A DNA stretch of 64,000 bases from a virus. Taxonomy: Duplodnaviria; Caudoviricetes. The stretch covers positions 638-64,637 of IMG/VR virus record IMGVR_UViG_3300037847_005729; one strand, written 5' to 3'. Below the pieces are notes generated by a model. That model was given only the letters and a program-made list of their open reading frames with translations, did not search any database and was not told where the DNA came from. Both the position numbers and the translations under genes were made by a program. Shown here in pieces: positions 51,375 through 60,442 of the stretch (its first letter is position 1; the number at the start of each line of letters is the position of its first letter).

Positions 51375-52136
51375 ATGCAATTAGATTTTTTATCCTATAC
51401 AGAAAGTAAACCCACAGAACAATTATCATTCCTAGATGAAAAGAATAGAGTACATATTAAGAAACATAACAAGGCAGATGTCGAAAAGTTCTTCGCTTCA
51501 ATTACAGAGGACGAAGTTATTGACCATAGTGTTGTATGGGAAAGACTCAAACCCACAAATGATGTTGATGTATTTCAGAGGTGGTTGTTTGCCTTTTGTT
51601 CAGTCCATACCTCCTACGAGTCCAATATGCGAGGTTATCTTGCGATTAAGGACTTTACAGAATGGTTTAACAAAGACGAAGTTCTCTTTGACAAACTTAA
51701 AGATAGTGGTGTTGGACTATACAACAACCGAACCAAGTTCATTAGTGAGTTTGCCACAAAATATTGGCAGAACCCAAATTTATTTAAATTTAAAAAAAAT
51801 GAGAAGTGGTCAAAATTCAGAGATGGTCTTGTCAAAGACATTTTAGGATTAGGTCTAGCAAAAGTATCTTTCGCATTAGAGATGATATACACCTTTGATG
51901 TAAAAGTATTTTGTTGCGACACACATTTATTCCAAGCGTATGGTTACGACCAATCACTACACTTACCAAAGTATCGTGAGTTGGAAAACCATTGGATAGA
52001 ATTTTCGGCAATGTATAATGTTCCTAGTGCTATTGCTAGGGCGATATATTGGAACAGAAAAAAAGGCGAGAAAGATTGTTCGTATTGGGCTGATGTCCTT
52101 GACAACGACAAGAATTCTTTTAGTATCAAAGTATAA
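51375..52136 (+). CDS. HhH-type DNA glycosylase-like protein (Ogg-like)
   Basis: G.GLYNNR.KFI, HhH-like GLGLAKVSF, DTHL, Y.ELE. Confidence 0.6.
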   Translation: MQLDFLSYTESKPTEQLSFLDEKNRVHIKKHNKADVEKFFASITEDEVIDHSVVWERLKPTNDVDVFQRWLFAFCSVHTSYESNMRGYLAIKDFTEWFNKDEVLFDKLKDSGVGLYNNRTKFISEFATKYWQNPNLFKFKKNEKWSKFRDGLVKDILGLGLAKVSFALEMIYTFDVKVFCCDTHLFQAYGYDQSLHLPKYRELENHWIEFSAMYNVPSAIARAIYWNRKKGEKDCSYWADVLDNDKNSFSIKV

Positions 52137-52166
52137 ATTATTAACTAACAAAACAAAAAAATTCTT

Positions 52167-53030
52167 ATGGCAAATTATCCATATATAGTATCAGAGTCAA
52201 CTGCGACTCTATTGTATGAGGGCAAACCTTATACTATCGAATCCTCACAACCAAACTTTGAACCTTTTAAAAAGGCATTGATGAGTGGGGATTTTGAAAC
52301 TGCGATAGACTACCTAGATATTCGTAAGCAAGTCGAAGCATTTGCTGATGGAGAGTTGGTAGTGGACAAAGGTGCAGTTTACTTTCACGGACAGAGACTA
52401 CACGGAAAAGTTATCGACAAGTTGTTAGACTTGCTTGGTAGTGGATTAGATGTTGGCTCTGCTTTCGTTAAGTTTGTAAAAAACCTTTTACAGAATCCAA
52501 GTAACAATTCTGTTGAAGAGTTGTACGACTTTCTTTCCTATAAACAATTACCGATTGATGATGACGGATATGTTATCGGATACAAGGGAGTTTGTAATGA
52601 CTATTGGAGTCAAAGTGGAAACAAGCACACTATTGTTTTACAAGGTCAAACCAATGAGCGTGGTCAAATCAAAAATGTTGTTGGGTCAACTATTGAGGTA
52701 GCTAGAAATTGTGTTGATGACAATCGTGAAAATGGTTGCTCTCACGGATTGCACATTGGCTCGTTTGATTATGCAAATGAGTGGGCGAGTGGTGGCAAGC
52801 TATTGCTTGTTCGTTTCAACCCAAGAGATGCAGTAAGCGTGCCTAGCGATTGCTCTTGTCAGAAGTTGCGAGTATGCAAGTATGAGATTCTTGAGGAAGT
52901 TGCTAGAGACGAATCAGAAATTGAAGCACCTTATTATAGTGTTTATACAAATGGCGAGACTCGTGAAGAGGACGAAAACGATTATAATTCAGAAGATAAT
53001 GATGAGGAATATTATGAAGAAGAAGAATAA
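52167..53030 (+). CDS. rIIB: rIIB-like protein
   Basis: NL..NPS...ELYDFL...LPI..DG..IGYKGV, CSHGLHIG, P.D.VSVP.D...KLRVC.YE. Confidence 0.82.
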   Translation: MANYPYIVSESTATLLYEGKPYTIESSQPNFEPFKKALMSGDFETAIDYLDIRKQVEAFADGELVVDKGAVYFHGQRLHGKVIDKLLDLLGSGLDVGSAFVKFVKNLLQNPSNNSVEELYDFLSYKQLPIDDDGYVIGYKGVCNDYWSQSGNKHTIVLQGQTNERGQIKNVVGSTIEVARNCVDDNRENGCSHGLHIGSFDYANEWASGGKLLLVRFNPRDAVSVPSDCSCQKLRVCKYEILEEVARDESEIEAPYYSVYTNGETREEDENDYNSEDNDEEYYEEEE

Positions 53031-53105
53031 GATTGATAGACGGATTTTTCACTTGGTGGGTAATGTCTGTGATTTTTATTTGGTGTCTTTATTACTATTG
53101 TAGAG

Positions 53106-53300
53106 ATGATATTTAAGTTTTCCGTAAAAGACGAATACGATAAACCTATTTATAAAGGACAAAAAACCTTTGAAAAAAATAGCGAGGTAGATGAGCGTAA
53201 ATGCTTGGATACTTTTGAGGACATTCATTCAGTAGTGTTCGGAACAGATTTTACTGATAAGAGTATTGAGATAGATGAAGCTATCGACTTATCAGATTAG
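53106..53300 (+). CDS. Hypothetical protein
   Basis: 64-aa ORF in the early gene run. Confidence 0.55.
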   Translation: MIFKFSVKDEYDKPIYKGQKTFEKNSEVDERKCLDTFEDIHSVVFGTDFTDKSIEIDEAIDLSD

Positions 53301-53307
53301 TTTTACC

Positions 53308-53340
53308 TTTGGTGGCTTGACGATTCGAGCCACCAAAAAA
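53308..53340. terminator. Intergenic hairpin / possible terminator
   Basis: TTTGGTGGCTTGA-CGAT-TCGAGCCACCAAA followed by A-run. Confidence 0.6.
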
Positions 53341-53376
53341 CTAACCCCCAACAAATTTAAAAAAATTTTAAAAAAA

Positions 53377-53595
53377 ATGCAAAATGCAAATTATATTGTG
53401 CGAGACTGCCAATCAAAAAAAGTAGTCAACTTTTATTCAACTAAACTGCCTAAGGCATCAATTATGGCTCACGAGTGTCGTAGAGATATGAAAGCTCTAA
53501 GTGGTAGAGAACACGAAGTTCTTATTAAGGTTGAGGGACAAGATTATATATTAACAGAGGAGGAATACAATGGATTGGCTAACACAGAAAATTAA
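53377..53595 (+). CDS. Hypothetical protein
   Basis: ATG at 53377 after hairpin and A-tract; the track start at 53275 reads through the hairpin. Confidence 0.55.
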   Translation: MQNANYIVRDCQSKKVVNFYSTKLPKASIMAHECRRDMKALSGREHEVLIKVEGQDYILTEEEYNGLANTEN

Positions 53596-53785
53596 AGAAA
53601 CAGAAAAGTGGTTGAGTCAAAACCAACGACAAGCGTCTTTACCTACAATGGAGATTGAAGATGCTTTGCATAAACAAGAGGTATCTCACAAAAGAGAAAT
53701 TTTAAGTCTGTTACATCAATTCAGACACCACCCATTATCTACTAACCCAAAACCAAAGGAGAAAATTGAGCAAAAACATTTCTAG
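53570..53785 (+). CDS. Hypothetical protein
   Basis: 71-aa ORF overlapping previous gene. Confidence 0.55.
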   Translation: MDWLTQKIKETEKWLSQNQRQASLPTMEIEDALHKQEVSHKREILSLLHQFRHHPLSTNPKPKEKIEQKHF

Positions 53786-53904
53786 TGTTGACAAGTCTGT
53801 CGAAAACGAGTCGTATGGTAAAAAACAAAACGACTTTCTAAATTGGCTTCAAGCAAAACTTGAAGAAGAAACACAAAAAGAATCATATAAAAATTACTAC
53901 AAAA

Positions 53905-54198
53905 ATGAGCAAACAAACAGAAAACGGATACCTCGAAGATGAGGACGACAATCAAGCACCAAGCGAGTTGCTAGAGTACCTAGCAGAAGATTGTTTAAAA
54001 TTAGACGGACTCAACGAGGCAATCGTTGGAGTAACATCACAAGGATACCTAGTTTACGACTACGAGAAAATCATAGGAGTATTTATGAAACAAGGAATGG
54101 AAAATGACGAAGCTATTGAGTTCTTCGACTACAATGTTCTAGGTCTTGAGGGTAATGGTAATTGGGTTATAATGAAAAGCAGAGAATATTATGTATAA
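53905..54198 (+). CDS. Acidic hypothetical phage protein
   Basis: DGLNEAIVG, VYD..K, EAIEFFDYN. Confidence 0.65.
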   Translation: MSKQTENGYLEDEDDNQAPSELLEYLAEDCLKLDGLNEAIVGVTSQGYLVYDYEKIIGVFMKQGMENDEAIEFFDYNVLGLEGNGNWVIMKSREYYV

Positions 54199-54649
54199 GT
54201 TAGAAAAAATTGTCCAAGTTATTGTCCTTATCGCATTTGTTTTGGTGTGTGTTAGGGCTTGCACATCTCAAGTGTTCGGTAGCGTTGATGTTATTGATGT
54301 TATCGTAGCTATCGAAAAGGTAGAATCGAACAACAATCCTTATGCTATAAACATAAAAGAAAATGCTATCGGCTCGTTGCAGATTCGAGAGATTATGATT
54401 GCTGATTATAACAGAATCACAAATCAAAACCTGCCACACAATGTTGCATACAATCGTGCTATGGCTTACATTATAGCATCAGAAATCTTTTCCTATTATA
54501 TGCAGTTCATTGACAAGCCAAATGCGAAGCACCTAGCTTTCATTTGGAATGGTGGTGGCTCTGCTTGGAAACGAGTGGATAATCCAAAGAATGACCAAAA
54601 GCAAAAAAACCTTGACTTGTATTGGGAGAAAGTCAAACTACACCTATGA
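54191..54649 (+). CDS. Lysozyme-fold / transglycosylase-like protein with N-terminal anchor
   Basis: Hydrophobic N-terminus, AI..VES, G.LQI, WNGG, YW.KV. Confidence 0.65.
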   Translation: MYKLEKIVQVIVLIAFVLVCVRACTSQVFGSVDVIDVIVAIEKVESNNNPYAINIKENAIGSLQIREIMIADYNRITNQNLPHNVAYNRAMAYIIASEIFSYYMQFIDKPNAKHLAFIWNGGGSAWKRVDNPKNDQKQKNLDLYWEKVKLHL

Positions 54650-55164
54650 ATATATTTTGTTTAGACCAAGACCCAATACAATCAGCCAAGTGGTTGTGCG
54701 ACCAACATTGTAACAAGATGGTGTTAGAGTCAGCACAGATGGTTGCCAACTGCTTTACATTGGAAACACTTGAGTCAGCACCTAAGACACAAAAAGGTAC
54801 TGCTCGCAAACATTCTTACTACAAGCACCCTTGCTCTATATGGGCAAGGGAAACTATGGGTAATCTTGTTTGGCTTCTTAATCATTCTCTTGCTATGGAG
54901 ATTGAGAGATTAGACAGAGGATTCAAGCCACACTTTTCGGCAGAGTTCTTGCATTGGGCTTTCAATAATTGGCAATCAGCAGATAATATGAAGTTCCATA
55001 CAACTCACACCACACCTTTTGCAATCGCCATCAGCGACAATATGACTTGCAGACAAGACCCAACATTCGATTCCGTTGACGAAGTCGGCAAGTATCGCTT
55101 GTATTATAAACACGACAAACCATTTGCCACTTGGAAGAAAAACAAACCTATGTGGATAATTTAA
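54646..55164 (+). CDS. Pyrimidine-dimer glycosylase-like protein
   Basis: MNIF.LD.DP..SA...CD.H..KM.LESAQM, HPC..W, YR.YY...K. Confidence 0.75.
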   Translation: MNIFCLDQDPIQSAKWLCDQHCNKMVLESAQMVANCFTLETLESAPKTQKGTARKHSYYKHPCSIWARETMGNLVWLLNHSLAMEIERLDRGFKPHFSAEFLHWAFNNWQSADNMKFHTTHTTPFAIAISDNMTCRQDPTFDSVDEVGKYRLYYKHDKPFATWKKNKPMWII

Positions 55165-55182
55165 AAAAATTTAAAAAAATTT

Positions 55183-55467
55183 ATGAGTATAGAAATTACA
55201 AAATCAGCAGAAGAAACTTACAGAAGAGTATTGCACTCGCTAAATGTTAAGTACAAAGGTCAAGAAATCCTAGTTGTTATTGATGATGATGACAATGGTG
55301 GTAGCGTGAACTTTTATGATATGGAACGAAACGAATTATCTGATTCGGCAGTCGTTGAGGTTTTACAAGAGTTTTTCTCAGAGTATCGTGAGCCAAGCGA
55401 GTTGACTGAGAATAAAAAGTGGTTTTTTGACAAAGAAGATGGATATTGGTGGGAAGATGTGGATTGA
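55183..55467 (+). CDS. Hypothetical acidic protein
   Basis: 94-aa ORF. Confidence 0.65.
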   Translation: MSIEITKSAEETYRRVLHSLNVKYKGQEILVVIDDDDNGGSVNFYDMERNELSDSAVVEVLQEFFSEYREPSELTENKKWFFDKEDGYWWEDVD

Positions 55468-55496
55468 AAAACTAATCCTACCCTTTATTATAGGGT

Positions 55497-55706
55497 ATGA
55501 TTCCTCAAGAAGTATATGGTGTTATGTTTTTTATAGTAGCAGTTATTATATTTAGTCTAGGTTGTTGGTATCTATGTTGGTGGGTTGACAAAGAGAAAGA
55601 CTTTGTCGCTCGCAAATGTAGGCAAAAAACTAGACAATATGCTAGACAAGAGAGGAGATACAAGAGACATTTGAAAGCAAGAAAAGACTTAGGTAAACTA
55701 TTATGA
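55497..55706 (+). CDS. Small membrane protein
   Basis: TM helix plus basic tail. Confidence 0.55.
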   Translation: MIPQEVYGVMFFIVAVIIFSLGCWYLCWWVDKEKDFVARKCRQKTRQYARQERRYKRHLKARKDLGKLL

Positions 55707-55796
55707 TTTGGGGTATTTTGATTATTTTTGGGGTTTTGACCTTATTATATATATCAATCATTAGATGGCTAGATGCTCTAGGAAAGGAAACAGAAG

Positions 55797-56000
55797 ATGA
55801 GTAATTATGTTTCGTTAAAGTCTGTCGGTTGTTTGTATTTTTTTGATACAGAGACCACTTATCCTCTTGACAATCGTAACAGAGTATGTTTTACTGAGGG
55901 TGTTCACTTGAAAGATGTTGATACATATTGGGTAAAAAAATTAAGTAAAGCAGACAAAAAACTAATTCAGAAAGATTTAAAAAAATTTAAAAAAATTTGA
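55797..56000 (+). CDS. Hypothetical protein
   Basis: 67-aa ORF. Confidence 0.55.
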   Translation: MSNYVSLKSVGCLYFFDTETTYPLDNRNRVCFTEGVHLKDVDTYWVKKLSKADKKLIQKDLKKFKKI

Positions 56001-56087
56001 TGAACATTCCAAACTCACTAAACAATCACTTTGAATCGGTATTCTTAAATGCCAAAACACCAAACAAAAATTACAAATTAAACTTAT

Positions 56088-56549
56088 ATGAAACCACCAC
56101 CAAGAAAAACAGAAGAAGAAATGACAATGAAAGAGTTGCGAGAGCATAAAAAACTCAAAGAAGCAGAAGCTGAAGCTGACAGAATAGAAGAAGAAGAAAG
56201 AGAAAAAGCTATTGTTGGTACTACTGATGTACAGAATTGTCTAATTACAGAAGCCGAACGAGATATTAGAATCGTTAAGAGTAAGATTGATGATATGAAA
56301 GAAAGATATTATGCTTATGATTCAGAGTATGGATATGTAAACAAACTAGAAAATCTATACGCTGAGTTGGCAACTGCCGAGCATAAGCTACAAATGATTC
56401 GATTATATCCGTTCAATGCACCGATAACCACCGATACATCAAATCGTAATCACGATTGGCATAAAGAAATGTATCACGAAGCCACAAGTCAGTATGAGAA
56501 TCTGTCTGACTTACCTCAATCAGAGGATTGGACACACGATTATAATTAA
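56088..56549 (+). CDS. Hypothetical coiled-coil protein
   Basis: 153-aa Glu/Lys-rich ORF. Confidence 0.65.
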   Translation: MKPPPRKTEEEMTMKELREHKKLKEAEAEADRIEEEEREKAIVGTTDVQNCLITEAERDIRIVKSKIDDMKERYYAYDSEYGYVNKLENLYAELATAEHKLQMIRLYPFNAPITTDTSNRNHDWHKEMYHEATSQYENLSDLPQSEDWTHDYN

Positions 56550-56703
56550 TTTAAAAAAGTTTATTATAATTTAAAAAAAATTTAATTACAAATTACTATA
56601 CAGATATATAAGAGAAAACATTATAAAAAAAAGAAAATGGTTGGAAATGGGTTAAAATGGGTAATTATATACCTCGCCCTTACCTAACTATAAAATATGT
56701 GCT

Positions 56704-56922
56704 ATGAAAAATGATTTAGAATACTATGTTGGATACGCTTGTTGTATCGTTGTTGGATTATTATTGGTTATTCCTTATGCTATTATAAGGGGTTTGTTGG
56801 AGTCTGTTGTGTTAATACCTAACATATTAAAGCACTACAAACAGAATCAATATGAAAGAAAGATAAAGAACCAAGTAGATGATATAATGAGAGAAGATGA
56901 GCCACAAAGACCAATCTTTTAA
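56704..56922 (+). CDS. Small membrane protein
   Basis: 72 aa with long hydrophobic N-terminus. Confidence 0.55.
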   Translation: MKNDLEYYVGYACCIVVGLLLVIPYAIIRGLLESVVLIPNILKHYKQNQYERKIKNQVDDIMREDEPQRPIF

Positions 56923-57057
56923 AACACGAATTTAAAAAAATTTATTTAAATTTATTAAAATTTTGGGGCATTTTGGGCAATTTTAAAAACTCTTGACGAA
57001 TGAAAAAAAATCCAAATATCGCTTGACAAAGCACACAAATCCAAATATCGTGTTAGT

Positions 57058-57129
57058 ATGATGAGTTTAATATATCTATTGATTGGTGTTCTGTGGGTCT
57101 TATATAGAGAATGGAAAGCAGAAATTTAA
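57058..57129 (+). CDS. 23-aa hydrophobic mini-protein, not in ORF track
   Basis: MMSLIYLLIGVLWVLYREWKAEI directly after TTGACA-N17-TATCGT-N6 (57023-57051). Confidence 0.4.
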   Translation: MMSLIYLLIGVLWVLYREWKAEI

Positions 57130-57366
57130 AAAAATTTAAAAAAAATTTAGTCGCCAAATTGAAATGTCGCCAAATATTGACTTGGACAAATATGGCAGTC
57201 GGTTGTCTTGTCGCATCAATTATCTTGTTCTTTTGTGGTATGGTATCGCACGGAATATTCTTTGCCGTAGTGTCAAACTCTATGATGAACCTAGCCAAAC
57301 TAAAAAAAACATAAGACAACAAATTTAAAAAAATTTAAAAAAACTTTTAAAAATTTAAAAAAAAAG

Positions 57367-57394
57367 TTGACATACATAAAACATAGTCTATATT
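57367..57394 (+). promoter_or_regulatory. sigma70-type early promoter with A-tract UP element
   Basis: TTGACA-N16-TATATT-N7-ATG(57402). Confidence 0.75.
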
Positions 57395-57401
57395 GGGTAC
57401 T

Positions 57402-57668
57402 ATGAAAACATTAAACAAAGATGGCACACCTAGAAAAGTAGGTAGTGGCAGAAAGAAAGGGGCAAACTCATTTGCCAATGTAACACTAGAGGACTTACAA
57501 CAATTTTGTGGGTCAGCTACCCTTATTCCAATCAGTCGTGTATGGCTTGAGAAGATGGGGGCAAACATATCATCAGCACCTACTAACATTACAACACAAG
57601 AAAAAGAGTTAGATAAGGTTGAAGAAAAAATCTCATTTAAAGTTCACAATTTTGTTGACAACAACTAA
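57402..57668 (+). CDS. Small putative DNA-binding protein
   Basis: Basic PRKVGSGRKKG segment, AT-hook-like. Confidence 0.55.
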   Translation: MKTLNKDGTPRKVGSGRKKGANSFANVTLEDLQQFCGSATLIPISRVWLEKMGANISSAPTNITTQEKELDKVEEKISFKVHNFVDNN

Positions 57669-57682
57669 TCATCTGTCATTAT
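57655..57682 (+). promoter_or_regulatory. sigma70-type promoter, leaderless geometry
   Basis: TTGACA-N16-CATTAT-N7-ATG(57690). Confidence 0.6.
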
Positions 57683-57689
57683 CCGTATT

Positions 57690-58619
57690 ATGAAAACTAC
57701 CACATATAAAAATCTCGTTGGTCAGAACGAAGTAAAAAAACAACTGACATTCTATTCAGAAGCACAAAACAAAAGTGGCGTTGCACCATTCTTAATGTTG
57801 AGTGGGGCAAAGGGCTTGGGTAAAACTGAGTTCGCCAAGCGTTATGCTTCTAGTCTCAAGAACCAAGACGGCACTACTCGTGCTTTCCTAGAGATTAACT
57901 GCTCTACTATCAAGAACGCTAATTCATTCTTTGAGCAGATATTTCTACCTATCGTGATGCACAATGAGATTACTATCTTGTTTGATGAAGCTCATATGCT
58001 TCCCAAGGACTTGGTAAATGCTTTCCTTACTATATTCAATACAGAAAAGGGAACATACAAAGAATTTCATCACGCAGAACAAATTTTTCAGTTTGATTTC
58101 AAGAAGCAATGTTTCATCTTTGCTACTACTGAGATGGACAAACTCTTCCCTCCGTTCAAGGACAGATTGACAATCGTGGATTTCCGTCCGTATGCAGTCG
58201 AAGAGTTGGGGCAAATCATTGGTCTTATCGCATCAGAGATTAAGTTCGGTGAGGGTGTTTTGGACGAAGTCGCAGAGACCACTCGTGGCAATGCTCGTTC
58301 AGCAGTTATGAGAACCAAAGAGATTATGTTGTATTGTGAGAGAGCCAATCAGAATACATATGACCTAAAGGATTGGAAAAAGATGTGTGGTATCCTAGAC
58401 ATCAAACCTCTTGGATTGTCCAACCTAGAAGTCGAGCTTCTCAAGATTCTCCAAGAGCGAGGTAATTGTTCGTTACAGATGCTATCAGCAGTAACAGGTA
58501 TGAGCAGAACTGCAATCCAAAAGGAAGCCGAACTTTATCTACTGAAGCGTGGGCTAATGAAGATAAATGGTCAGCGTGAGATAAGTGGCAAGGGAATGAA
58601 TGTCCTAGAGAAGATTTAA
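57690..58619 (+). CDS. RuvB-like AAA+ ATPase
   Basis: VGQ..VK..L, GAKGLGKT, LFDEAH, ATT, DRL, RG.AR.A, C-terminal winged helix (E.YLL..GL). Confidence 0.82.
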   Translation: MKTTTYKNLVGQNEVKKQLTFYSEAQNKSGVAPFLMLSGAKGLGKTEFAKRYASSLKNQDGTTRAFLEINCSTIKNANSFFEQIFLPIVMHNEITILFDEAHMLPKDLVNAFLTIFNTEKGTYKEFHHAEQIFQFDFKKQCFIFATTEMDKLFPPFKDRLTIVDFRPYAVEELGQIIGLIASEIKFGEGVLDEVAETTRGNARSAVMRTKEIMLYCERANQNTYDLKDWKKMCGILDIKPLGLSNLEVELLKILQERGNCSLQMLSAVTGMSRTAIQKEAELYLLKRGLMKINGQREISGKGMNVLEKI

Positions 58620-58654
58620 TGTATGTGTAGTATGTTGTTGTCATAATAAAAATT

Positions 58655-58711
58655 AGGTTCGGCAGGGTGCGAGCGAATTCATCTCAAACAATACCTGCCG
58701 AATCTTTTTTT
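58655..58711 (+). terminator. Terminator hairpin ending the + strand early block
   Basis: TTCGGCAGG...CCTGCCGAA followed by T-run. Confidence 0.65.
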
Positions 58712-58838
58712 GTGCAAATATAGTCGACAAACCACACCAAACCAAATAAAGCACCAAAATGGCACCAAATCAAATAAAGGCTTAATAAGACACATAACCA
58801 CATATAACATATTATAAAGTTCTGGAAGTAAAAAGTCG

Positions 58839-58912
58839 TAAGTTGTTGATTATCAAGGAGTTGCAAAACGCGCCCGGTCGGCCGCCGCAAGTCGTTGATT
58901 ACCAAGCACTTA
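58839..58912. repeat. Paired 25-bp palindromes with 24-bp GC-rich spacer (copy 1)
   Basis: TAAGTTGTTG-ATTAT-CAAGGAGTTG / spacer / CAAGTCGTTG-ATTAC-CAAGCACTTA. Confidence 0.9.
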
Positions 58913-58942
58913 TGAATGTCAAGCAAAAATTTAAAAAAATTT

Positions 58943-58981
58943 AAAAAAAAACTCGCCCCTCAGTTTTTTTGAGAGGCGAGT
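58943..58981 (-). terminator. Rho-independent terminator of the DUF932 gene
   Basis: ACTCGCC.CTCA...TGAG.GGCGAGT with A-run on the + strand. Confidence 0.75.
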
Positions 58982-58994
58982 CGTAAAGCGTTGG

Positions 58995-59783
58995 CTAGGA
59001 GGCGTTTATGACCTCTGCCACCTTTGGCTTGCGAGAGTTCGCATAGGTGTCAAGCACAGAGTGAAGCGAGCTTGAACGCTTTGCCGTGTTCGTGAGGTTG
59101 CCACGATACACATTTGTGAAAGCGTTTGAAAGCGACCACAAGTCACGACCCTCAAAGTCCTCGTGTTGAGGTGCGTGCCATTGGTTGACAATGTCAGTCA
59201 CTTGAGTTTTGGAACAAGCCCCATTACGAAAACCACGCACGATTAAGTCGTGTGCGATTCTGTCGTCAATCTCGGTTTCCTTGTAGGAATCGATACGCTT
59301 CTCGGAAGTGACCCAAGACTCGCAAAGCTGACCGATAGCACGACCAAGCAAAGACGGCAAGTCACGCATGATGTGCGTAGTGTGCTTGCGACCCAACACG
59401 ATTTCATTGTTGAAAATCATATTGGTGCAAACGAAAGGTGCATCGCCTGCACAGACCATCGCACGAGACGATTTATCGTGTGAGTTGCGAAGCCCAAAGA
59501 TTGTACCGACCTCGGCATCGTGCTTGCGAGCGATACCCTTGACTTGGAACAAGCCGAAGTAGCGTTGCCCATAACGATGCAAGGTGTGATGCTCTTGAAC
59601 GATGTCAAGATTTGGTGTGTTAGCGATAGCCTCACGAAAATCTTTTACAAGACCATCGTGTGAAACAGGTTGCCATTGTTCGGTAGCCTGTGGTGTTGCA
59701 ACTTTCTCGACATCTGAGAAGTCGCTTGCCTCGCCTGCACAGACACGCAGGTCGAGTAGTTTTGGATTTAGTATGTTAACCAT
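58995..59783 (-). CDS. DUF932 family protein
   Basis: P..T..W.PV.H, GLRNSHDKS, FVC.NM.F, RKHT, LWSL.NAFT; ATG at 59783 fits the promoter. Confidence 0.75.
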   Translation of the reverse strand: MVNILNPKLLDLRVCAGEASDFSDVEKVATPQATEQWQPVSHDGLVKDFREAIANTPNLDIVQEHHTLHRYGQRYFGLFQVKGIARKHDAEVGTIFGLRNSHDKSSRAMVCAGDAPFVCTNMIFNNEIVLGRKHTTHIMRDLPSLLGRAIGQLCESWVTSEKRIDSYKETEIDDRIAHDLIVRGFRNGACSKTQVTDIVNQWHAPQHEDFEGRDLWSLSNAFTNVYRGNLTNTAKRSSSLHSVLDTYANSRKPKVAEVINAS

Positions 59784-59790
59784 ACATAAG

Positions 59791-59818
59791 AACATAGACT
59801 ATTTGATGTGATTGTCAA
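59791..59818 (-). promoter_or_regulatory. sigma70-type early promoter, leaderless geometry
   Basis: TTGACA-N16-TATGTT-N7-ATG, T-tract upstream. Confidence 0.75.
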
Positions 59819-59858
59819 CTAAAAAAACAAAAAAAAGTAAAAAAACTTTGCTGTAAAG

Positions 59859-59875
59859 TTGGCACGCTTCTTGTA
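59859..59875 (+). promoter_or_regulatory. sigma54 -24/-12-like motif
   Basis: TTGGCACGCTTCTTGTA; repeated at 61907. Confidence 0.45.
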
Positions 59876-59897
59876 TAAAAACAGCCTTAGAATTACG

Positions 59898-59972
59898 TAA
59901 GTCGTTGATTATCAACGAGTTGCGGCGGCGCCCCCGCCCGCGCGTCGCAAGTCACTGATTATTAGTAACTTA
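59898..59972. repeat. Paired 25-bp palindromes with 25-bp GC-rich spacer (copy 2)
   Basis: TAAGTCGTTG-ATTAT-CAACGAGTTG / spacer / CAAGTCACTG-ATTAT-TAGTAACTTA. Confidence 0.9.
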
Positions 59973-59988
59973 CGACACGAAAAAAGTT

Positions 59989-60210
59989 TTACTTTTGGCT
60001 TGACATATAGTCATTGATGGTTTTTTGGTCGTTCTCTCTAAACAAGAACCAATCACTAGAGCCATAAAAACACCAACCCTCTTTATATTTTCTTATGTAT
60101 TCAGAAAATGGATTTGTAGAACCTTTTAAAACAAAAGTCATTTCATAAGATTCATCGTGCCAACGACTATGAGTTTTTCTTATATGTTTTATTTCTTTAA
60201 TTGATTGCAT
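59989..60210 (-). CDS. Hypothetical protein
   Basis: 73-aa ORF in the minus-strand operon. Confidence 0.6.
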   Translation of the reverse strand: MQSIKEIKHIRKTHSRWHDESYEMTFVLKGSTNPFSEYIRKYKEGWCFYGSSDWFLFRENDQKTINDYMSSQK

Positions 60211-60211
60211 T

Positions 60212-60400
60212 TTATTCCCCTTCTATTATTAAGTGTGGTCTGCATTTGTACCAACCTCTAAGCATTGCCGAACTCCAGTTTTTCGGCTCACTGTCGACCC
60301 AAGACCTTGGCTTCTTTTCGTAAAGCTCTATCTCATTTGCGACACGAATTTTTTTCTCTTGTAAGGTTTCTTTTTTAAATGGTAGTTTATTTTTTTTCAT
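60212..60400 (-). CDS. Hypothetical protein
   Basis: 62-aa ORF abutting its neighbour. Confidence 0.6.
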   Translation of the reverse strand: MKKNKLPFKKETLQEKKIRVANEIELYEKKPRSWVDSEPKNWSSAMLRGWYKCRPHLIIEGE

Positions 60401-60442
60401 TGTTATATATTAGTAGTAAGATTATTATTGTAGTTAAAAGGA

